64,000 bases of DNA, from NCBI GenBank assembly GCA_001179505.1, contig CDMY01001028.1, positions 158,928 through 222,927 of the forward strand, in the 5' to 3' direction. Under the pieces are notes generated by a model. That model was not told the DNA's origin, ran no database searches, and saw nothing but the letters and a program-made list of their open reading frames with translations. The translations under genes and the position numbers were made by a program. Shown here one piece after another: positions 49,401 through 59,636 of the stretch (positions within the stretch are counted from its first letter, which is position 1; each line of letters begins with the position of its first letter). This stretch comes from Vitrella brassicaformis CCMP3155. Lineage: Eukaryota > Protista > Chromerida.

Positions 49401-51184
49401 TTCTGAGGAAACACATACGTACAGGAGAAATGAATAGCGGCATTCACCATGCACCATTACTCACCAGCCATTGCCAATGGCACGTTTAGATAGAACAAGA
49501 CGAGCCACTCACAGGCGGCGTGGTCCTTCAGCATTGTGGCTATCTTGCCCAGGGCAGCGGGGCTCGCTGACACAGTACGACACATTGGCGCCAACACACC
49601 TGCATCCGTACAAATACCGACACACGCAGCAGTGGTGTGACGAATCAACGAGTCCCCTCCGTATCTACGTGTCCCGCACCTGGGTCAGAGGTACAGCGGA
49701 AGGCACATGAGAAGATGATGCCTATCAGCTCGTATGCCCTCCACACAATCACCTGATCACTGCTGGTGACCAGTGTCTCGACGAGACCATCGATGTGGCA
49801 GAACATGTGCTTTCGAAATGCCCCCAGATCCTCAGCCGTCACTGCGCGATGCAGCAAAGACACACAGATGCATGGAAGGATGAGAGCCATGTTTGCCGCA
49901 CCACACGGTCACCTTGGACTGTATCGCTGCACATCACTCCTCTAGCTGCCATGAAGACTTGGCTTGGTAGTCTCAGCCTTCCCGCCGTGCTCTCCACCAA
50001 GACACCAAACAGTGGCAGCCACTCCGCACCAAACGGGTACCCAGCCTGATCAAGCCATGCGAGGAAGCAGCCCACCGCAGCCTGAATCGATGCGTCGCTG
50101 CTGTCACGGACGAGGCCCACAATGCAGCCGGCGAGGCCTCCCTGACCCTGCTGTCGGTGCGCCTCGTCCTTCTTGGCGGCCAGCGAGAGCACGAGTCGCC
50201 CGACAGCTGGGTCACGATACGGCAACAGCGGCATTTCCCTGAGCTTTTTCACTTGCTCAACGAAGGGGGCGATGTCACCAGCCAGCAGCGCATCAACAGC
50301 GGCGCACGTGATGGCAGCAGCATCAGAGCCAGACGCCTGGCCCTGCCGCGCGTTGGCCGTGTGTTGCTGGTCGGGTGAGATGGGTGAGTTGGTGGAGGGA
50401 GGGGATGGGCAAGAGGGACTCGCTGGTTGCCGATCCGCTGATGCCGCCGCTGCGGCGAGTGGCGATGGGTCGATCATGGAGCTGGTGGGGTCGACGGCAT
50501 GCTGCTGCTGGGTGCATATGCAGACATCGGAAGCAGTGGGGGGCTGACGGCTGCCGTCCTGACAATCAGACCCACACATCACACACATATGCACGAACCT
50601 CCCTCGTGCCTGTCTGTCCGTACCGCTGTGGCGTCCGCAAGGGAGTCATCCTCTACGGACCCATCGCCGTCCTTCGCCTCTCCCGTCAGCCTCGAGCCCC
50701 CTTCCTGCTGCTGCATGGGGACGCCGCCCACAGCCGATGCGTCGACTGCTTGTGAGGCGATGGGGGTGAGCTGCATGGACTGGCCACGGGGGACGGATGG
50801 CTGCGGTTGCTGCTGACTCTGGTGTGTGTCGATGGCGCCAGTTGGCATTGGCGGACGCTGGATTGCGATGGGGGGTGCGGACGCGAGCTGCCGAGAGGTA
50901 GCTTTGTTGCTGTCAGTCGCAGGTTTGCGTTCTCTGTGGGGAGATGCTGGTGGCGGGGCAGACGACGCACTCTCTGTGCGGTCACCAGGGCCGCTCCCGT
51001 ACGACTCATCGCCAGACCGCCCACTCCCACCAGATCCCTCCTCTGCCGGGTTGCCACTCATACACTCATGCTGCTGCTGCTGTGGTTGCTCCTGCTGGCT
51101 GGCATCTCCTCTGTTGTCTGGGCTGTTGCTGTCTTCCGTCGGGCTGCCGGCGGAGAGCTCCTCGGAGTTGGCTTCCGTGGACAT
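43452..51184 (-). CDS. Large multi-exon RING-HC E3 ligase-like protein (helical-repeat N-half, coiled coils, C-terminal C3HC4); contains an in-frame TAA at 45572
   Basis: C-terminal CQVCQETERSVVLQPCGHFCICQQCAQNLQPPECPLCRQ* (IAP/MGRN-like RING) preceded by coiled coils. Many minus-strand exons with ARM/LRR-like helical character extend up to ATG 51184. The span could be two genes. Confidence 0.65.
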
Positions 51185-51689
51185 GAGCGCTCAGGCGGCT
51201 ATCTATCTGCATCAGTCAAAGGCAAAACAGACACCACATGGACACAAGAGGTGCATGATGAGCCATCGCCTCCAAGACACTCCTTCACTCACTGTGAATC
51301 AACTGTCGTAAAGCAAAGCGAAAGATCTTTCTGACATCGTGCCAGAAGGCAAGCACCGCCACCAGATGAGAGTTTTCTTGCGTCCTTATTGGTGTTCGGT
51401 CGATTATGGGTTTGACGGAACACCTGCCCGATCTCACCAATCCAGGTCCGTTTTGATCAAAACTCACACATACATATATACACACACGACGTCATGTACA
51501 CACAGACACAGTCATCCCCACACATCGGCCACCCTCAACTCATCAACACACACACACAGCTTCAGCGTAACCTCTCGTCCAAATCGAGCTTGTCAGAACT
51601 CATTGCCTCTCTCGCGCTGATCCTCTTCCCTCTTCGGAGGGGGATCAAGACCTGCACACACACGAACACGCATTAGAATAGGTACCGAC

Positions 51690-54600
51690 TCAGAAGAAGC
51701 TCAGAGAGGGGATTAGGCTCCCACCAATGAGCTTGATTAGAATGGATGCGATGAAACGGGGGAAGACCCACTCGATCCATTGCGATGCCTTCCACACATA
51801 CGAACTGGCCTTGCCGCCATAGCCACCTAACAACAAACACAGCCGGTACATCCATGCTGGCAGGCAGGAGAGCATGTCTCCTTCATCGACCGTGTGTGAT
51901 GCGAGTCCTATAGTAGCTGTCCACCTACACGAGAAAGGATGCATGCATGCATGCATGACCACAAGAGACGTGCATTTGGATCAGTACTTGCTTACCACAA
52001 TGGCGATGAATACATTGAGCAGGAGAAAGAGTACAGCAAAAATGAAGAGACACTGCACATAGAGGCGGGTACACAACAGGTCATAGGTGCAGCAGCATTC
52101 ATTGCTCCTTCTTTTGTCTCCTCACCGCATAGACAGAAGTGAAAGGCCTCCAGGTCTGGATCAAGCCATGCATGTCCATTTGCCTGCATTCAAGGGCGAG
52201 CAGACAATACCATAAGCGTGCGTTCCTTGAGCAGTGTCTCACCCCTGTAGCTGAACCACCACAGCCAAAAGCGACATCTGGAAAGTTGAAAAAGTCGACC
52301 GATGCTGACCCTGAAAAAGACACACAAGCAAGCGAAAGTCGTTCGTGTAGGCTCTCGGACTGATCAGTTTGCTGACCCAGATTGCAAAAGCGACGAACGT
52401 ACAGCCCAGCAGGATGGGAACAAAGATGAACAAATACCAGAAGAAACGGCCGACGGAGACAGCCAAGGTGGTCCACACCACATAGCCCTGCACACCACAC
52501 ACAGGAGACACAATCAGCAGCGAGAAGGCAGCCCACAGAAGGTAATGAGCTGACCATTCTGGAGAGGCGGACAAACGACACAAGACGCACGTACAGAAAT
52601 AGAAGAAAGACGGCCTCCAGCATCCAGAGACTCTCGTAGTAAGCGCTCTGTGTCGCCCAGCTGCGGAACGTGCCCTTGGACCGCTCGATGATGTCAGTCG
52701 ACGGCGAATTGAAATACAGCACCTTGACGAAGCCGAGGGCGATAAAAATGAGGGATATGCAGAGGTCGATGATGCCGATATCCGTCGTGAAATACCGCCA
52801 CCCTGCACAGACACGGCACCAAAGGTGTCCATGCATGGGCAGCGTCTCTGATTGGCTAGTAATGCTAATTACACGTCTGTTTTCTCCTCATTGTGTCTCT
52901 GACGGCGATGGTGTTGATGACAATCGCAACATAGAGCACCAGCACAAGGCGGATGACCTCAATCACCTTTGTCGGCTCGTCCATGCTGCTCTCGGCGACG
53001 TGCGTCTGCAGACAACACCCACACGGTGCACGGGTGATGCGGTTCTGTTGCTTTTGTGTACTCTGAAAATGCGTATGATCTGTGACGCCACGACCACACC
53101 GGATGGAGGGAGTTCGAAGAGAAAGCGACAGGACAGGCTGACAGAGAAAGGAATGGCAAAAAGATGCGCAAGTCATACAGACGTTCCCCCCTTCCTTCGC
53201 TCACCCGTATCTGTAGTTGGGATTGTATGTTGTGAAGTCGACGTCCACCAGCCGGCTGCTGTCGTCGATCCAGTCCACACGAGACAAGGTACCCATCAGC
53301 CTGACATGCATCCAGGGGTGTGTGTTGCATAGTGCGACTTCTCCTCCCGGCTCACCCGATGAATGTGTCAGGGTCTGTGGTGAGCATGGGGACGTCAAGG
53401 GCGTACCCAGACGCGTCATACGTCTGCAGCCAGCCCCTGAACAATGCAATGCTCCCAGTGACACGTGTTTGCGTCAGCATCCTCTCTCACCTGCTGCCGC
53501 CAACCCCTGACGACTTCCTCGCCGTCTTTGCAGTAACAAACTTGTTCGGCGACGCACAGCCAAGGCCATTTGAGAAGCAATCACTTGGGAGACTCACTGC
53601 GGACAAGGAGAGGGCCATACTTGACGACAAACACGACGTGTAGCATGCATGCGGACCTACATTCAAAGTCGAGGTCGTCGGCCATCATCGAGTTGCTGTC
53701 GACATACGGCGAACCGCACTCTAGAAGGCGAAGGTATATAAAGCGATTCGAGTGATGGCAGCAATCGTCGTGTCTCCTACGTGTGGCGACGTCTTTGAGG
53801 CCCTTCCTCTTGCAGTCGTCATTCTTCACCCGCTGCTGCCTCAAGCGCATCAGACCAACAGGCGCCTGGTACCTGCACACACGCACATGTGCGTATGCTT
53901 GTGGATGCCACTCTTTCTGAGCGAGTACCGTCTCATGAAGCTTTCGTCATCCAACAAAACGAATGGCAGCGTAGTGTTGAGCCAAAGCCACACGTGCATC
54001 GGCCGCCGGACGGTCCTCAAGGACTGCGTCAGAATGCCCTGCTGTGGGAGGTACTGTGAGGTGACAAACTGGTCGCGGACGGCCTGCGTCACCCAGTACG
54101 TGTCACCAGGGGGATTTTGCAGAAAGAACAGGGATGTTGATAGGGCGATGAGCAGAGCAATCACACACAGGTCGCGCAGCTTGACAGTGGCTAAGTGGGC
54201 AGTCCTGCTCTCATCCTGCAGGGTCCATAAGTCATGCAGTCCTGATGCGAGAGCAAAAGATAGCATTGCGTGCATGCTCAGTACTGAATCCTTTCCCTCA
54301 CCTGGGAATTTCTCGAGGAGGTTTCTTGTATCCTTTTCCTCTTCTTGCTGCTCCTGCTGTTCCCTCTTCCTCTTATCTTCATCCTCCTGGCCGTAGTTCG
54401 GGTCGAGGAAGGCGAATGGGTCGAAGTCAGGTAGAGCCATGCTGAAGAGCTCCTGAACGTGAGCAGCAGGAGCCATGAATGCAAGGAGGTTTGTCTCCTG
54501 TGTGAACATGTGTCATTTGTACTCTTTTTGAGCCTTTTGTTTTGTCTCGTGTCTCAAGCTGGTAGATGGCGTCGACGGTCAGATCGCGATGGTGCAGGAA

Positions 54601-55266
54601 CAACTTTGCCTCACCAACCGCATTGTCGCCGTACCAAAAGAATTGCTGACGACGAGACACGTCACCCACATGAATCACCCTATGACTCGATGACTCGACC
54701 ACCTCTGATTACCTGCACGTTGTCTTCGGCATCTTCCACCTGTGTCCTTGCGCCTGTCGCGTGGAAGCCTGGCCTCTCGTTGACGTCTTCTGGCATTCTG
54801 GCCACCAAGTCATTCTCCAGCAAATAGTCCAGCTCACTCACACCCCAATACTCACACGCATCTATCACACACATGCACATGCGATCAATATGACTGCATC
54901 GCTGTAAACAACTGCCGCTGTCTCCCAAAGTCACCCCTTTTTAGCTCGGACAGCGTTGTGCTCGCCTCGACTTTGTAAGAGAGGTGATACTTGACGTCCA
55001 CCGATTCGATTGGGTAGAAGAGCACCAGCACCGTGTCGACGCAGTTGCGCTGCATCTCGCGCTGCGCCTCTTCTTGACGCCGCCTGGCACTGCATGACAG
55101 CAAGACGATACAGAATGCAGAGTGCAGCATAGGCCCTCACTTGCGCGCCACTTCTGTCTTTGTGCGCGACAGCGGAGAGAATGACTGCTGGGTTGCCATA
55201 GCATCGCCTTCCTCTTCCGCCTGGGGATTCAAGGCAGGGATCCTTCACCAATTCATGCATCACACA

Positions 55267-55306
<40 letters not shown>

Positions 55307-55798
55307 ACACAACGCCTGCCTGTATGTCGAATGCAAGCCACCTTTGTCTCAGTAGCTGAGTGAAGACTTTGCGTGCATGTCTTTGCCGCTCCAGCTCCCG
55401 CCGGTCATTCTCGCTCTGCGCCGCCGCGCTCACCTTCTGACCCTCCCTCTGACAACATAAAGATGGAGACGCCGAGAGACAGATCTCTCCTCCGGTGTAC
55501 CCACCCGCAGCTCCTCTATGTGCAGCCTCTCCTTGACGAAATTGAGCTCCTCCTCGCGGCCCGCCAGCTCTGTCTGTAGATTTCGCAGTTGATCCTGTCA
55601 CACGCGAACAACACAAAATGCGACACACGGCCGCATCGACTGCCCTGCTGTGGATGGACATGTGGAGCAGGCCTTTACTTGCAGGCGGTCGAGTGTCTCC
55701 TGTCTTCGTTTCCTCTCCGCATCGCTCTTGAGGATCTGCTCCCGCACGGAGGCGAGCGTCGCCTCACTCACTGATTCGTCAGCTGCTGACGGCTGCAT
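51690..55798 (-). CDS. PKD2-like: Polycystin-2 (TRPP/PKD2)-like cation channel
   Basis: S1 (KLRDLCVIALLIALSTSLFF), TOP-domain motifs VGLMRLRQQRVKNDDC, QTYDASGYALD and WIDDSSRLVDVDFTTYNPN, S4-S5 (VRLVSFVRLSR...FWYLFIFVPILLGCTFVAFAIWG), pore FSTFQ...LQG|QMD and S6 (LFIFAVLFLLLNVFIAIV|VDSY). N-terminal coiled coil. Confidence 0.88.
55261..55306. repeat. Compound (CA)12(GA)11 intronic microsatellite, representative of dozens in the window
   Basis: Directly visible, inside an intron of the PKD2-like gene. Confidence 0.9.
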
Positions 55799-56157
55799 CC
55801 TTATCAAGTGTGGTGAGCAGCCTTAGACGTTGACACGTCTTCTTGCTCAGCTCGGAAGCACCGCTTCAGAAGCGAGCTCGCAAAATCTCGCCGAGACGGG
55901 ACAAAAAAAGAAAAGGATAACAAGAGTATAGTACATTCAACCACTTTCGTCCATCGCAGGAATAGCACCATCCTCGATGGCGCCATCAGGTGCGCTCGAA
56001 TCGCCGCGGGCCGCCCTCGTCAGCCACACCACAGCCATCGACCTCGTCTGAGTGTGTGCCGGACAAGCGCCGCAGGCCGGAGGGGGGGGAGGGAGGCGGT
56101 GTGGTGGTCGTGTCGACGGCGTCGAGGGCGCCTGTGCGGCTTTCTCAGCGCATACGA

Positions 56158-58935
56158 ATGCCGGAAATGCTCGAGATACTCATCAAAAATGCAGGCGAGT
56201 GACCAGCCGCATCCACACACCACACAAGGCATGCATCCATTCATCGTGTGTGTGTGTGTGTGTGTGTGTGTGCTTCAGGCTTTCGGTGTGTCATGAACTA
56301 CCGCGAGGTGATCCGTGGCCTCGGGAACAACACGGGTCGTGCGTTTCGGCGGCACCTTCTACACCGACAGCCCCACTGGCAACATGACCAACACCCTGTG
56401 GGTGGGCCCCGCCCAGCTGGACCGCGCCAACGGCCTCAACGTGTCCTCGCAGCTGCAGACCCAAGGCAGGAAGGAGAGCTGCCTCTTCGGCGTCGTCGTC
56501 TTCCGGCTGCATCAGCTGCACCGCGACCTGGAGAGGTACTTCCAGCTGATGAAGAGGCAGCCGTCGGACGAGAGGCAGCAGGGGGAGAAGGTGGGCGACG
56601 CCCAGTGGGTGGCGAGGCGCGACAGGCTCCGGCAGAAATGGCAACGAGGACTGCAGGTCCGCACACTAGTGCGTGTGATCAGGCTTTCGGTGTGTCATGA
56701 ACAATCGTGAGAGGATCCGTGGCTTCGGACGCAACACGGTCGTGCGTTTCGGCGGCACCTTCTACACCGACACCCCCATCGCCAACATGACCAACAGGCT
56801 GTGGGGGGGGCTCGCCCAGCTGGACCGCGCCAACAGGGCGAGGGGAGCAGCACCGCGGTGCTCCACTACTTCATCAACACTCAGGGTGCATGACTGGTGC
56901 GTTTTGCTTTCGCCTGTCCTAACCATTTTTTCAATGCCAGCCGCATGTCTGTCCCTTTGATTTCGTTCTTACGCCCTTTGGGTGTGTGCCAAGAGCAGGT
57001 TCTTGTCGAGTGTCGGTGCATCTGCGGGGCTGGAGGAGCAGGCGACGGGGTGACGGTGTACGTGATCGTCGCCGACTCCAGCAGCCAGGCAGCGGGTGAC
57101 CTGTACGAAGTCGACCTGCAGCTCACGGACGACGGCGCCACCGTTGCCAACAATGTGACCAAGGTGAGCTGAGCAAGACACCCACACGTATACAAATGCC
57201 CACCTGTGTGTGTGTGTGTATGTAGATTCTGGAGGGAGTTGAGGTGTGTGAGGTAGCAGTAGGAGTTGAGAAGGGCGTGGCGCGCACCCAGAGCGGCGAC
57301 GTCTACCAATTGGGTAGGGAGAAATCCATCCATTCATCCATCCATCCATTCATCCATCCATCCATCCATATGCTGGATGTGTTGCGTGTGCTCTTCCTGG
57401 GCTCAGCGGTGTGCAAGCGCGGTGTGTGTGGCCCGGCCGGTGAGTTCAACCAACTGGTCACACGGAGATCAAATCGGATCGATGTCAGCACTATGTATGT
57501 GTTGTGTCGCGTTGTGTGTGGGCGTGGCGTGCAGTTCGGGTGGCGGCACTGCCGACCAGCATTCTGCAGGTACCTACTTACCTACCTCCAGCTACGGATG
57601 ACGCGTACACGATTGAACTGTGTGGTGTGGTGTGGCCGAGCCGACAGGTGGCGTGCGGGGCGACGCACTGGCTCGCCCTCTCCGAAACACACAACGTCTG
57701 GGGGTGCGGACGCTACTATGTGAGTGAGATGACCGACCGAGCATAGACACACAGACGCCCACACCCACACCGATGGATGTGTGTGTGCGTGTGCGTGTGT
57801 GTATGTGTGTGTGGGTATCGATCAGTCTGGCGAGTTCGGTCCGCTGGGCTTCCCCCGCCATCGCGTCGGGCTGCACGTCCCGTTGCGTGTGAGCGCGGAG
57901 AAGATACAGAACTACATACAGCACCAGATCAAAGCCGGATGCGAGAAAGTGTAGAAGCTCGAGGACGAGTATCAGGCCAGTATCCCCATGCCTGTGATTC
58001 CAGAGGATCGCCGCCGCACGTATTGGGAGGTGCTCGGGTTGAAGCCCGGTAGCAGTTTTGATGAGATCAGGAAACAGTACAAACGACTCGCTCTGGTGAG
58101 AAGCGGCGCCGCTAGCACAAGAGAAGGGGTGCAGCGTATCGCGCGGCATGCGGGGCTCTGTGTGTGTGTGCAGAAGGTTCATCAGGACAAGCCCGGCGGG
58201 TCCAAGGAACAGTTCCAGCAATTGTCCGAGGCCTACGAGTTCTTCAAGGCCGAGTTTGGCAGCTGCCACTGGACAGACGAAACCCTCAAGGTGGGCAGCG
58301 CAGAGGGCATACACGTGGCTGTCCGCTGCGATGAGTGAATGATGCATTCCTCCGTGTCTGTGTGTGTATGTTTGGTGGGTCAGAGGAAGGCGGAGGACCT
58401 GTTGGCCGAGGTAGGTAGGGGGGGAAGGAAGGCACCACGCTCTTCGCATTCCTCATGCCGCCTTTCTTCCAATGTGTGTGTGCACCACAATTCGCAGTTG
58501 CGTGAGATCATCCAGAAACTCCAGGAGGTCATCGACGATCGGACGGGCGACGACGCGTACGAGGCCTGCATGGCCCTCAGGGCGGCCAACGAGGCACGGC
58601 AGAAGAAGAGGGAGGAGGCCATCAACAGGCGGCGTGGCGAGCAGCAGAAGCAGCGGGCGTTGGACGAGCATGACCTGGGCATCGAGGCTACAGTCGCTGC
58701 CTACATCACGGCCAACTACGAGCTGCCCAAGGACGGTGCCACCACCAAGACGAAGACCACCCACCAGCACCGAGGGCAAGCAGAAGCGGGCGAGCAAGGC
58801 CAAGCAGGCGGGGGAACAAGGGGGTCTGGGAATTCCTCGGCCCCTTCTCCGTCCGCTGCAGCCCTTGCCTTTATCGTTGCCTACATTTTATATTCGGTTG
58901 CGATCGTTTCCCGTGGCATGTGCTTTGGTGAGTGA
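56158..58935 (+). pseudogene. RCC1-repeat + J-domain gene carrying several lesions (duplicated exon, frameshifts, in-frame TAG, HQD)
   Basis: RCC1-like segments VCEVAVGVEKGVARTQSGDVYQL and QVACGATHWLALSETHNVWGCGRYY|SGEFGPLG. The frame runs through TAG 57952 into TYWEVLGLKPGSSFDEIRKQYKRLAL|KVHQDKPGGSKEQFQQLSEAYE (J domain), a coiled coil and a C-terminal TM (ALAFIVAYILYSVAIVS). The J-domain part from ATG 57988 could be a functional gene on its own. Confidence 0.7.
56276..56834 (+). repeat. Diverged tandem duplication of an about 155-bp acceptor+exon unit
   Basis: Copy 1 is 56276-56431 and copy 2 is 56680-56834. Both begin CAGGCTTTCGGTGTGTCATGAAC, contain GTCGTGCGTTTCGGCGGCACCTTCTACACCGACA and end GCCCAGCTGGACCGCGCCAAC. 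Confidence 0.95.
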
Positions 58936-59636
58936 CTCGTACAAATGCATGCGCAGAAAATGCAGCAGACTGAAAATGCATTGATCCCTCATGAACTATG
59001 CTCTTTCGTAAGAGCACGAACATGAGAAAGTTCTGATGTGGCGTGGATGTGAAAAACTTTAGTCATTGCTCACAAGTACTCACAAGCCCGTTTCTAGCCC
59101 GTCTTCATCTGTGAGAATTCAGATCGCAGGGCCGCGTGAACTCTCTTGCGGCCATGAATTCGATCTCTTCTACTCTTTTCCATCTTTTTTGACACATGCA
59201 CCTGATCTGCCGCCCTCTGCAGCAGTCTCTGGCCTTCTGAGGCTGTGTGACATACGTTAACTCATATATATATATAGCGCAAGGGCAGGCAGAGTCTGTC
59301 GGTCTCTCATGAAACGAACTGCGTCAACATCGACCAACCCTCAATCATGCGACAAACATGCCAGCACCATCCTCAGCGCCCGCCTGGCGTATGCATCGGA
59401 GGCTGTGCTTTTTATGCTGCTTCGATGAGTCACCTGCCCATCTTTTTGATGGGATGGACGAAGAGGAACAGTATGTCATCTACACGATGCTCAAAACGGC
59501 GACGACGATACAGAATAGCGGCAGCCGGCAGGATCGCTCCAGGTTTGAGCTCGCAGTGATTCAGGTAGATCTGATGATGCATTCCCTGCGGCTTCAGATT
59601 TTCATCCCTTCTCGAAGCTCCTCCTGATCTGAGAGA

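Noticed and set aside
45572-57954. Ciliate-like reassignment of TAA/TAG to Gln as the explanation for the in-frame stops
   Set aside because: TAG is the apparent true terminator of the DNAJC11-like (16077), MFS (29106), coiled-coil (35949) and SET (42839) genes, and long ORFs are otherwise free of TAA/TAG. Only two internal cases were seen.
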